In this document: one piece after another, positions 30,044 through 42,312 of the stretch
How the letters are laid out: each line of letters starts with the position of its first letter
How positions within the stretch are numbered: the first letter of the stretch is position 1
Assembly: GCA_963835065.1 (NCBI GenBank)
Contig: CAWIEK010000069.1
Span: forward strand, 1-43,141
DNA: 43,141 nt
Reading direction: 5' to 3'
Source: an uncultured Chthonomonadaceae bacterium
GTDB taxonomy: Bacteria; Armatimonadota; Chthonomonadetes; Chthonomonadales; Chthonomonadaceae
Position numbers and translations under genes: made by a program
Notes under the pieces: model-generated
What the model saw: the letters and a program-made list of their open reading frames with translations, nothing else
What the model was told of the DNA's origin: nothing
The model's database searches: none

Positions 30044-33010
30044 TTACTGCGTGACGTTGACCACGCCCGTCGTCATGCCGCCGAAGATGTTGTCTCGGAC
30101 AATGACCACGTGCTGGCCGACGCCGTTGAACACGCAGGGATAGGTTCCCGTGCCATTGGCGTTCGGATAGGGTGAGCCTTGAATTCCGGCATTATCGTAG
30201 ATGCCGATGGGCCAGCCCGGCGTCAGGGCGTAATCCGCAATGCCGTACTGCAGCTCGTAAGCGAAGTTGATGGTATTGAACGGCTGCTGCGAATGGGGCG
30301 TCGGATGGGGCGGGCTTGGCAGGGCCGGCTCATACGGCGGGAAGTTCGGGAAGCCGAAGCCATCCGTCGGATCCGCGTCAAAAGGCACGGCGAAGTCCTG
30401 GCTTCCACCGGGCAGCGTGTCGTAGATGGTGACAGCCGTTCCGAACGGCACTTGTGTCGGGAAGCCGCTGCCATTGACGGCCGTAACGGTCACGTTGGTT
30501 AACTGCCCCGTGCGTACCGCTGTGGGCAGCCGCAAATTGAAGCGGTCGAAGCCCGTGATGCTCGTGCCTACCACCTGAATGTACGCAATGTCGCCGATGT
30601 TCGGATAGTATTGCGACACATTGCCGCTGGAGTCCTGCGCCTTCATGATGTAGAAGCCCGGTATGTTGATCGTCTTGCTGAACACCACATAGGATTGGTT
30701 GTTGAATGTGACCGATCCCAGCGACATTTGCCGCCCCGTAAACGCATCCGTCAGCGACAGCGTGACCGTTCCCGTAATCGCCTGGGTCTTGTTGGTGGCA
30801 TCCAGAGCGGTCAGGGAGTAGTAGTTGGCGCGGGCCGCTTCCACTTCGCCGATCACCGGCCCAACCGAAAGCCCGCCGCCGGCGGGGAACGCCGTCCAGC
30901 CGACCGGGCCGGAAAGCTGGTAGCGCGCGCCCTGTCCCGTATTGCCCCCCTGCGTGGCGGTTGTGCCGAACACGACCAAGCGCCCCTGCGGGAAACTGGT
31001 GGACCCGCCCGGATCAAACACGGTGGGCGCGGCGGCTGTTACGAACACTTTGCCCCCGGCAACCATCGGCTGCGAAAACTTGGTGTAATCGCCGATGCTG
31101 TTGATGCCGCCGCCCTTCTGGTTGGTGTTGAAAATTTCCGTCAGGGAGCTTGCCGTGACGTTACCCTGCGCGTCCAGTGCCGGGCTGACGCGGTACGCAT
31201 GGAGAACAGCGTAGGCCGGGTTGGGCACAAACCCCTGACCCGGGTTGGGACTGCTGACATTCGCCGCTTCCACTTCCCACAGAACGCCATTCAGTCCGTT
31301 GTTGGCGGAAATCGTGGTCTGCGCGCCGGGGTACTGGAAGGTAATGGGCGAGTAGGTCGGGGGATTGGGGTCCGCCGAGCCATACGCGATGTTGTTCAAA
31401 TCCAGGGTCGCGGGCGTTCCGGGAATCACGTTGAAGCCGCGAACGGCGTCGCCTGCCGCGTGGAAGAATATCCGCACCTGTCCCGGGCTGGCGATGGGCG
31501 GCGTTCTGTCCACAAAGACGGTTGGCGCCCCGTAGTTGGATCCCAACAGGGGCACGGTAGAATTCGTGGAATTGGGGAAGGTATTGATCGCGCCCGCATC
31601 CAGATTTTGCAGCCCCCCCAGCGTGGTGCGATTCAGCAGGTAGATTTTGCCTTCCTGCCCTGCCGTGACCATCGCGGGAGGAAGGTTGGGAACAATGCCG
31701 TCCGGGAGGAGCGCAATGCCGCCCGTGCCAATATCCTGCCCGAAGTTGGTCAGATTGTCATGGTTGTAGGGCGTGAAATAGCTTTGTACCGGCAGCATCG
31801 CGGTTGACGAAGCCAGTGTGCCAATTTTCAGGACGCTTTCGCCGTATTCCGTGCCGCGGGGAGTGTTGGCGTTGAACGTGCCTATTCCGGTTGAGAAGAA
31901 CAGGCTGGAGCCGTCGGAGGCCAATCCCGCGCCGCTCATATCAATGCCGCCTTCGGTCGGCGTGGAAAAGAAGCCGCCCCCGGCGGAAGCGTTGGGCGAG
32001 GTGCAGAACACGGACGGATAGCCCAGCAGATTGGCGGTATTGAAGCCGAAGACCCAGCCATGATAGGGCGGGGAATTGTCAAACGCGCCATAAGCGACGT
32101 ACACAACGCCGTTTACCAGCGTGAGGGCGGGGCGCTGATTTTCGTTGAGCAGATCGAAGGTGATATGGCCGGCGCCATCGCGGTTATCGCCGTTGCCGGG
32201 AACGCTGATGGGACTCACAATGCTTGTAATGGGGTCCTGGTACTGCCCGACGAGCGCGGGGCTATCGAATTTTTCCTGGCCGGTGCGAATGTCAATGGCA
32301 TGCAGGCGGTGGACATAATTAGTGCCTTCCGTCGTGCGCGCCACCACGTACAGGATACCGGTCGCCTGGTCAATGACGGGCGTGCCCGTAATGCCGATGA
32401 GCGGCTCGATGTCGGATTGCGGAAAGCCAAACACGGTCGTTACATCAGTGCCATTCGTAGGCGTTCCGCCCACTCCCGGCACGTTGAAATTGACATGCCA
32501 CAGGGGGCTGGCATTGTCGCCCGTATAGGAGTTGGCGTCGTAGGCATAAACGCTGTTGTTGTTGGTGGCGAGGAAAACAACGTTGTGGGTCGTGACGCGC
32601 CCGATGCTGTTGGTGATGGGCAGGTTTTGGACGTACAGCGGCTGCGCGTACATCAGGCCATCTACGGTGCGCGTGTACAGCTTTCCGAATTGGCCCGCAA
32701 TGGAGTTTGCGGGCGTCAGCGTGGTTTCGGCGTTGTTGACGCCGTTACGGGCGTTGTTGTAGCGCTCGGTGAGAACGTCTACGCCTGCCGGCAGCGCAGT
32801 GGAGCTGCCGCCGCCGCCAATCGGCGTGGGCGTGGGCGCAACCGCCGAGGGCCGGGGCGTGACCTGCGCGGCCACCTGCGGCAGCGCGAAAAGTCCGGCG
32901 AGGGAACACCCGGCAAGGCCCGCCAGCAGAGTTCTGCGGAGCAAGGCGCGTGATTTTTCCGGTTTTGGTTTCGAGTTCAAACCGGGAGTGATGCGTGGCA
33001 TAACGGACAT
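30044..33010 (-). CDS. Large secreted PQQ-like beta-propeller protein
   Basis: Signal peptide (RRTLL...VAA); DVLTERYNNARNG..AETTLTP, VDGLMYAQPL, GITGTPVID, NQRPAL, YHGWV and KFSQPMVAGGKVFV motifs; GAGGAG RBS. Confidence 0.8.
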   Translation of the reverse strand: MSVMPRITPGLNSKPKPEKSRALLRRTLLAGLAGCSLAGLFALPQVAAQVTPRPSAVAPTPTPIGGGGSSTALPAGVDVLTERYNNARNGVNNAETTLTPANSIAGQFGKLYTRTVDGLMYAQPLYVQNLPITNSIGRVTTHNVVFLATNNNSVYAYDANSYTGDNASPLWHVNFNVPGVGGTPTNGTDVTTVFGFPQSDIEPLIGITGTPVIDQATGILYVVARTTEGTNYVHRLHAIDIRTGQEKFDSPALVGQYQDPITSIVSPISVPGNGDNRDGAGHITFDLLNENQRPALTLVNGVVYVAYGAFDNSPPYHGWVFGFNTANLLGYPSVFCTSPNASAGGGFFSTPTEGGIDMSGAGLASDGSSLFFSTGIGTFNANTPRGTEYGESVLKIGTLASSTAMLPVQSYFTPYNHDNLTNFGQDIGTGGIALLPDGIVPNLPPAMVTAGQEGKIYLLNRTTLGGLQNLDAGAINTFPNSTNSTVPLLGSNYGAPTVFVDRTPPIASPGQVRIFFHAAGDAVRGFNVIPGTPATLDLNNIAYGSADPNPPTYSPITFQYPGAQTTISANNGLNGVLWEVEAANVSSPNPGQGFVPNPAYAVLHAYRVSPALDAQGNVTASSLTEIFNTNQKGGGINSIGDYTKFSQPMVAGGKVFVTAAAPTVFDPGGSTSFPQGRLVVFGTTATQGGNTGQGARYQLSGPVGWTAFPAGGGLSVGPVIGEVEAARANYYSLTALDATNKTQAITGTVTLSLTDAFTGRQMSLGSVTFNNQSYVVFSKTINIPGFYIMKAQDSSGNVSQYYPNIGDIAYIQVVGTSITGFDRFNLRLPTAVRTGQLTNVTVTAVNGSGFPTQVPFGTAVTIYDTLPGGSQDFAVPFDADPTDGFGFPNFPPYEPALPSPPHPTPHSQQPFNTINFAYELQYGIADYALTPGWPIGIYDNAGIQGSPYPNANGTGTYPCVFNGVGQHVVIVRDNIFGGMTTGVVNVTQ

Positions 33011-33305
33011 CTTCTCCTCTCTTGAGATGATGAAGACAATGAAGACCTAAGGACAATAAGAGCGCAGAATCAGCGCGGTGTTTGGGGAGCGCCGCAATGA
33101 TCCTCAGTTTCCTTTTGCAGACGATTTTGTAACGAAAACATTCAGCAGGCAGCAGATATTGCCGCCGAGCCGAACCAAACGGGATTGAGGGGAAGCCGTT
33201 GCTGCGCGCCCGCCATTTCAGCGGGCGCAGCCGAACCTATACTATATTAACACACAAACGCTTGCTTTCCTGCATGGCTGCGGAAAAAAGAGGAAGAATT
33301 TTGGA

Positions 33306-33428
33306 AAGTAGTCAGTAGCCAGTAGTCAGTAGTCAGTAGAAATACCTGTTCACTCCAAGCAGTTGGGCACAGGAAGCGCCTGTAAGAACGGGTTCTACTG
33401 ACTACTGACTACTGGCTACTGACTACTT
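33306..33428. repeat. Palindromic heptamer element (AGTAGTC)n-loop-(GACTACT)n
   Basis: Perfect 36-bp arms at 33306-33341 and 33393-33428; the right arm supplies the TAG stop of the reductase gene. Confidence 0.95.
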
Positions 33429-34496
33429 GATGTCCATATTACTGCTATGCACCTGCTTGAACTTGATGCTGGGGTCAACGACGGTTTTGGCGTGGTAGAC
33501 GGCGGTGCAGATTTCGCCGACTCCCGTTGCGATCAGTTTCAGCTTGCCGGGATAGGAGGTGCTGTCGCCTGCCGCATACACGCCAGGTAAATTGGTCTGC
33601 ATGTACTGGTTGACGACAATATCCTTGCCGTCCAGCGTGATGCCCCAATCGCGGATCGGTCCGATGTCGGTATTAAAGCCCAGATTTATCAACAGGCCAT
33701 CCACTTCCAGCGTTTTTTCTTCTTTGGTGCGGTTGTCCACAATCACGGCGCGGCGAACATGGTCATCCCCCTCCACGCGCACCATCTCATGAAACAGCAG
33801 AGTTTCCACGCGGGAGCGGTTGAGCAGCCAATCCACGCTGTCCTCGTGCGCCTTGAACACGTCGCGGCGGTGGATCAGGATGATTTTGTCGGCGTGGTCT
33901 TCCAGATTCATCGCCCAATCGAGGGCGGAGTCGCCGCCGCCGACAATCAGCAGGTTGTGGCCTTGAAAGTGGCTTTTATCCTTGACAAAGTAGTGGACGC
34001 CCCGCTCCTCAAACTCTTCCAAACCGGGCGCGACAAGTTTTTTGGGTGAAAACGCGCCCGCGCCGGACGCGATAATCACGGTACGGGTGCGGTGCGTCCC
34101 TTTTTGCGTGGTGATGGTAATTGTTTGGTCTTCTTCATGCTGAAGTTCCAGCACCATCTCGCCCAGGCAGATCGCGGGGGAATAGCGCATGGCCTGCGTG
34201 ACCATTTCGCGCACCAGGTCTTTGGCAAGCACTTTGGGAAAACCCGGCATGTCGTAGATATATTTTTCCGGGTACAGCGCGGCCAACTGCCCGCCAAGAT
34301 CGGGCAGGCTGTCCATGATTTTGCACGTCATGCTGCGCATACCCGCATAAAACGCGCCGAACAGTCCGACCGGCCCGCCGCCGATGATGGTTATATCAAA
34401 AACTTCGTTGGGATCGCCACACGAGGCATCCGCATGGATCGCGCCGGGCTGCGTTGCCGTCACAGTTTGTTTCTCAGCTTCCAGTGTTGCAGTCAC
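33423..34496 (-). CDS. Ferredoxin-NADP+ reductase (YumC-like, TrxB family)
   Basis: IIGGGPVGL, GGQLAALYPEKYIYDMPGFP, GGGDSALDWA, HRR and AAGD...YPGKLKLIATG; lacks the TrxB CxxC. Confidence 0.92.
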   Translation of the reverse strand: MTATLEAEKQTVTATQPGAIHADASCGDPNEVFDITIIGGGPVGLFGAFYAGMRSMTCKIMDSLPDLGGQLAALYPEKYIYDMPGFPKVLAKDLVREMVTQAMRYSPAICLGEMVLELQHEEDQTITITTQKGTHRTRTVIIASGAGAFSPKKLVAPGLEEFEERGVHYFVKDKSHFQGHNLLIVGGGDSALDWAMNLEDHADKIILIHRRDVFKAHEDSVDWLLNRSRVETLLFHEMVRVEGDDHVRRAVIVDNRTKEEKTLEVDGLLINLGFNTDIGPIRDWGITLDGKDIVVNQYMQTNLPGVYAAGDSTSYPGKLKLIATGVGEICTAVYHAKTVVDPSIKFKQVHSSNMDIK

Positions 34497-34736
34497 GCTT
34501 GCTGTTTCCTTCCAATTCCGTTGCTTACTTCTTTAGTCTTACTCGTCGCTTCTTCGCCGGACTTTCCCGCGCTTGCCGCGCAAGCCGGATCGTCCCAACA
34601 TTCTGTTCCAACAGAATGTTGTATCACATATTCAACCTTAATTGTGGCACAATCGGCGGTTTGTCCGCTGTGTTTTCGGCAAAAATAATAGCGCAGGCGC
34701 TCCCATCGGTGGGAAGCCTGCGCTTTCTTTCCATCC

Positions 34737-35021
34737 GGGCAGTTGCAGTCAGAAACAACCTACCAACATGGTGTAGCGCATGGCTGCAGCCGCGAGTGGT
34801 TCGAGAACGGACGACTGAAAAGCGAAACTTATTACGAATATTCCGTTCCTGTCTATGCCAAAGTTTGGAATGAGGCAGGCCAATTAGTCAGCGATTACAC
34901 GCTTGGGAAAGACGAGCCTGCTTCTTCCTTATTGCAGTCGTTCCGCAGTTTCTATGGGGATGCCGGAGCAGAGTCAAGTCACAAAGACAAAGCGCTGCAA
35001 GAACAACTGGCAAATGTCTAA
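34737..35021 (+). pseudogene. Fragment of a MORN-variant repeat (YwqK-like) protein
   Basis: GQLQSETTYQHGVAHGCSREWFENGRLKSE...WNEAGQL; no convincing start codon or RBS. Confidence 0.55.
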
Positions 35022-35055
35022 ACTAATGTGACGGCGATTCGGATTTGAAGATTGT

Positions 35056-35084
35056 TTGACAAAGCGGCGAACATAGCCCATAAT
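35056..35084 (+). promoter_or_regulatory. Sigma70-type promoter of the T-box/valS leader
   Basis: TTGACA-17 nt-CATAAT. Confidence 0.75.
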
Positions 35085-35107
35085 AAGAGAAGGATTTTTG
35101 TTTTGCA

Positions 35108-35370
35108 GTGGCAATGAAGGAGAAGAGTAAGCGCGGGCCGGGTTCCAGAGAGGGAGGGGTTGGTGGAAACCTCCTGACCCATGCCGCGCTGAACGTCGCT
35201 CTGGAGCCGCGCCGGGTGCGCCCGTTATCGCGCGTTCGAGTGTCCGCAAGCCGCCCGCTCTGGTGCCGGTCTGCGGAAAGGAAGGTGGTACCGCGCGCCG
35301 CGCCTGATGTCACGTCAGCGCCCGCGTCCTTCCGGCAATCACTGGCCGGGGGCGCGGGCGCTTTTGCGTT
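35108..35370 (+). ncRNA. T-box riboswitch with Val specifier (GUC)
   Basis: AGTA, AGAGA and GGTGGAA stem I motifs; GAAC-GTC specifier at 35195-35197; CCGTTA F-box; AAGGTGGTACCGCG T-box at 35282-35295; terminator GCGCCCGCG...CGCGGGCGC-TTTT; valS downstream. Confidence 0.92.
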
Positions 35371-35392
35371 TGGCTGTCCCTTCGGCGCTAAA

Positions 35393-35442
35393 CAGTTGAT
35401 AGTTGATAGTTCGTAGTTGACAGCAAGGCAGGAACTACGAAC
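35393..35442. repeat. Heptamer element (GTTGATA)n with a short counter-arm
   Basis: cagttgatagttgatagttcgtagttga...gaactacgaact, between the T-box terminator and the valS start. Confidence 0.85.
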
Positions 35443-35482
35443 TTTTAGCGCCCTTCCACTTAGATACGCACCGGAGAAAACC

Positions 35483-38477
<2,995 letters not shown>

Positions 38478-38479
38478 GG

Positions 38480-38574
38480 GTTGATAGTTGATAGTTGATA
38501 GTTCATGCTACGGCAAATATGCTGGCAATGGGCACAAGCATTAGGAAGATGCAGGGAACTATCAACTATCAACT
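38480..38574. repeat. Palindromic heptamer element (GTTGATA)n-loop-(TATCAAC)n
   Basis: Fills the gap between the convergent stops of valS and the M48 gene. Confidence 0.9.
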
Positions 38575-38576
38575 TT

Positions 38577-39482
38577 TTACTTGACGCCGTACCGATAATC
38601 TTTGTTGTCAATGATGGCTTGCGCTTTGTCAATGCGGGCCTGGGTAACGGGGTGGTCACGCAGCCATTCGGGGTCGCCGCCGCCCTGCCGGTGTTCCAGC
38701 CGCGCCAGTTTGTCGAAGAAATGCACCATGCCGTTCGGGTCGTAGCCCGCTTCCGCCGCATAGGAAAGCCCGCGCCGATCCGCCTCGTATTCGTCGTCGC
38801 GGCTGTATTTCAAGCCCACGACGCCCGCGCCCAATCCGGCAAGCTGATTGTACGTCGGGTTGGGAATGAAGATATTGATGAGCAGGCTGGTGGTGATGCT
38901 GGAAGACAATTGGCGGGCGGCATGGCGCGCGGCCACATGCCCGCACTCATGCCCCAGGACGCAGGCCAGCGCGTCGTCATCATCCCCCATCATGTCGAGC
39001 AGGCCGCGAAACACATAAACGGGGCCGCCGGGCAGGGAAAAGGCGTTGATATCTTTCACGTCCAGCACTTTGAACGTGTAATTGATGCCGGGGCGATCCA
39101 GGTGCGGCAACAGGCGTTGCCCGATGGCGCGAACCCGGTCCGCATCCGGGGATTTGGTATCCACGCGAAACTGCTGCTCCACTTCGCGGGACGCTTCCTT
39201 GCCCAAATTGATTTCCTGCTTGGTGGAAAGGAAACTCTTGGTGCGGCAGCCGGTCAAGCCGCTCAAAGCAGCAAGGGTAATACATGCCGGAATCAGGCGC
39301 GTCCATCGGGAGGAACGAACGCAACACGTGGCAGAAGTATTGACAGGCGTTGCGGGGAACAACGCGCCAAAAGGATTGCAAGCGGGGAGGGTCTTGCGCA
39401 GAAATGAGAAAGAAACACGCATGAAAGGCCAAACCTCACTTTCAGCAATGCGGGAAAAACGATCAAACAAAAGCGCCTGCAA
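38577..39482 (-). CDS. M48 family zinc metallopeptidase, probable lipoprotein (start uncertain, likely downstream of 39482)
   Basis: INAFSLPGG, LACVLGHECGHV (HExxH), YSRDDEYEAD, GYDP and DHP; lipobox LTGC. Confidence 0.9.
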   Translation of the reverse strand: MQALLFDRFSRIAESEVWPFMRVSFSFLRKTLPACNPFGALFPATPVNTSATCCVRSSRWTRLIPACITLAALSGLTGCRTKSFLSTKQEINLGKEASREVEQQFRVDTKSPDADRVRAIGQRLLPHLDRPGINYTFKVLDVKDINAFSLPGGPVYVFRGLLDMMGDDDDALACVLGHECGHVAARHAARQLSSSITTSLLINIFIPNPTYNQLAGLGAGVVGLKYSRDDEYEADRRGLSYAAEAGYDPNGMVHFFDKLARLEHRQGGGDPEWLRDHPVTQARIDKAQAIIDNKDYRYGVK

Positions 39483-39551
39483 GAAATCACGCCGAAATTA
39501 TGTTCGAGGCATCAACAATATAACCAACCACCAGCCACCAATTTCTATCAA

Positions 39552-40935
39552 CTACGAACTATCAACTATCAACTGCTTACTTCGCCCCTGATGTTCGGCA
39601 AAGGCTTTGGCGCGCAGTTCGACATAACGTTCCACGCGGTTGAGGGCGAATCCTGCCCGCCCCGGCAATTCTCCCAAACCGCCCAACTTTTCATGCGAAC
39701 GCAGCAGCAGCAGGCGGTGATTGACGCGCTCTTCGGGCAGCCAGCGATATTTGTAACCCTCGTTGCCGCGCAAAAAGTCGAACTCCGTACAGCCTTCTTC
39801 GATGGCCTGCCGAATTGCTTTGCCGGTCAGCAGCGTGCCCAAACTGTATTTGCTGAGTTCCGGCGCGAACCCACCCAAATAATAGAATGTGCGCCCGCCC
39901 CACATAAAGCAGTACAAGGCGGCGCGAATGGTTCCGTCTACAGTGAGCAGATGCAGGCGCAGCCAATCGCTTGCCAAAAACGCGCGGGCGACATCGCGGT
40001 GAAACGCCTGTACGCGCTTGCTTCCCAACACCCCCGGCAGCCAGCGCGCGTTCCAGCGTTTCTGGTGCAAATCAAACAACGCCGTCATTCCCGCTTCCAA
40101 TGTCTGCTCATCGGCGCAATGAAAGCGTACATTTTCAAACGTTTTATCCAGCAGGCGTTCATAGTAGCCCAGATTGGAGCGCATTTTTTTACTCAGCCGC
40201 GCCGTCAGCGTCTTCCAATCCGCAGGCAACGTCAGATACGGACAAGGCTCCATCGGCAAGGAGGTTGAGGGGGAAGAAAGTGATGAGTGATGAGTGATGA
40301 GTGATGAATGGGATTCTAATTCATCATTCATCATTCCGCGTTCAGCATTTCCTGCTGTTCCCTGTTCCCTGTTCCCTGTTCCCTGTTCTTATCTCTTGAC
40401 CCCTGACCCCTGACCCCTGACCCCTCTGCTGCGTCAGCAGCGGACAATCGGCGCGTAATTGCTGCAAGTCGGCCATGTCCCAGCCGCGCAATTCTTCCCG
40501 GATGTAATGGCAGAGGGCGTGGGCGGCGGCGGCTTCCCATTCGGGCAGGACAAGCGGGCCGAGATAATCGCTTTGCCCGGTTCCGATCCAGGCGAGGCGT
40601 CGCAGGGGCGTTCCTAAATGAAAACTGGTGTAAAAGGGCGCGATCCCAATAAGGACTTCGGCACGGGAACCACTATTTTGCTGAAATGGCGTGGATACCG
40701 CCGGCTCAACAAGAAAGGCCGCTTCGCCATCTGTGCCGCGTGTTGCCGCCTCCGCCGCAGACGCCCAAAACAACAGGATACGGGGGCGCTTACGCGCTCC
40801 AAAATGCCGCCACCAGGCCGCGTTCCATTCCCACGTTTGGAACGGCGTTGCCTGCGGGCATTGCGCTTGAAGCGCGCGCCACTGCCGCTCCAGCGTATTC
40901 AGAGCCTCACGCTCACTGATTTCCACGATCCTCAA
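39552..40935 (-). CDS. GNAT family acetyltransferase (CelD/BcsL-like), split inside a repeat insert
   Basis: N-half TPFQTWEW..AWW.HF...GIAPF...SDYLG; C-half LFDLHQKRW...YYLGGF...YSLG...FDFLRGNEGYKYRW. The frame break lies within the 40279-40425 repeat block. Confidence 0.88.
40279..40425 (-). repeat. Composite heptamer insert in the GNAT gene: (GGGGTCA)n-(GGGAACA)n-70-bp module
   Basis: Directly visible tandem units; includes the module shared with valS. Confidence 0.93.
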
Positions 40936-41047
40936 TGCGCTTCCATCCTCCCCGATTTCCCTTGCGCCTGAAGCGTCCGCGCTTCATCGTCAGGCAATTA
41001 TATCATCTTTCGGCGTTGCTTGTCCATGCCGGCTTGACTCTCACCCC

Positions 41048-41076
41048 TTGACGCTCCTTCACGTTTCTGCTACAAT
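41048..41076 (+). promoter_or_regulatory. Sigma70-type promoter
   Basis: TTGACG-17 nt-TACAAT with an extended TG, 33 bp before the ATG at 41110. Confidence 0.65.
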
Positions 41077-41109
41077 TCGCGCAATTGTTTCGTAGGAAGG
41101 TTCTTTATC

Positions 41110-42111
41110 ATGTCTGCCGCCTCTGTCACGCCAAACGCCGCGCCGCCAATCACAGCGCGCGCTATTACCAAAGCCGTTGTTCCCGCCGCCGGGTTGGGAA
41201 CGCGCCTGCGCCCGCTGACGCGCGCCTTTCCTAAAGAACTGCTGCCGGTCGGACGCGAACCTGTGTTGTCGTATATCGCAACGGAACTGCGCGAATCGGG
41301 CATTACGGAAGTTCTCTTCATCGTTTCCGACAGCAAGCCGCAAATACGGGATTTTTTCGGCAACGTTTATGAAGGTGAGCGTCCCGACCTGCCGCCCCTG
41401 AATTGCGAGTATGTCACGCAGCGCGAACAGCGCGGTTCCGGCGACGCCCTGCTGTACGCGCAGGAATGGGTTGCGGACGCGCCCTTTGTTGTGGCGTTTG
41501 GGGACTGCATTATTGAGGGAACAGGGAACAGGGAAAAGGGAACAGAAGAGGAAGCAGAAGACAGAAGACAGAAGACAGAAGCAACACTTACCTATGGGAG
41601 AACTGTTCCCTGTTCCCTGTTCTCTGTTCCCTTACAGCGCCTCATCGCCACGCACCGCGAACAGCAATCCGAAGCGACGGTGCTGGTGGAGCGGGTGGAG
41701 CGGGCGAAGGTATCGCGGTATGGCGTGGTTGCGCCCCGTATGGTGTTGACGGAAGTTCCTACTGAGCCGTTTGCCTTAGCCGACATTGTGGAAAAACCTC
41801 GCGTGCAGGACGCGCCGAGCGATCTGGTGATTGCGGCGCGCTGGGCGCTGAACCCTTCGGTATTTGTTTTGCTGCGGGAAACCACGTTGGATGCGCGGGG
41901 CGAGCGCAACATCACGGATGCGGTACGCGCGCTTGGGCAGTTGGGAAAGCCGTTGTGGGCCGTGCCCCTGCGTCCCGGCGAAGCGCGGCGCGACATCGGC
42001 AACTTTGAAAGTTTTTTCGCGCAGTTCGTGCGGGCGGCCTTGCGGGATGCGGAATTCGGCAACGCCGCCCGTCAGGTGGCGCGGGAAGAACTGAACCGAG
42101 AAGAGGAATAA
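41110..42111 (+). CDS. Sugar-phosphate nucleotidyltransferase (GalU-like) with an in-frame repeat insert
   Basis: KAVVPAAGLGTRLRPLTRAFPKELLPV, Q..QRGSGDA, FVVAFGD, SRYGVV, IVEKP, ITDA and DIG. Confidence 0.9.
   Translation: MSAASVTPNAAPPITARAITKAVVPAAGLGTRLRPLTRAFPKELLPVGREPVLSYIATELRESGITEVLFIVSDSKPQIRDFFGNVYEGERPDLPPLNCEYVTQREQRGSGDALLYAQEWVADAPFVVAFGDCIIEGTGNREKGTEEEAEDRRQKTEATLTYGRTVPCSLFSVPLQRLIATHREQQSEATVLVERVERAKVSRYGVVAPRMVLTEVPTEPFALADIVEKPRVQDAPSDLVIAARWALNPSVFVLLRETTLDARGERNITDAVRALGQLGKPLWAVPLRPGEARRDIGNFESFFAQFVRAALRDAEFGNAARQVAREELNREEE
41515..41632 (+). repeat. Palindromic composite insert (GGGAACA)n-(AGACAGA)n-loop-(TGTTCCC)n
   Basis: Encodes EGTGNREKGTEEEAEDRRQKTEATLTYGRTVPCSLFSVP directly after the GD motif. 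Confidence 0.92.
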
Positions 42112-42312
42112 TCCACTAAATCGTGAGAATGAAGGCGCAAAACGACAGAAATAGCATTGCTTCTGGTATGATAGTAGCAACTTGAATTCGTGCCGTCCTC
42201 CCCTTTTGTTTGTCACACCAATTCCTTCGGCACGTTTCCTACCATTAAATAACCAATACACGACAGAACCAGCAGCGGAAAACGCGCGAAAACATCTGGT
42301 CAGGAGGAAGGG

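Noticed and set aside
33011..33260. Riboswitch in the long leader of the beta-propeller gene
   Set aside because: A GC hairpin is present near 33200-33231 but no recognisable aptamer consensus.
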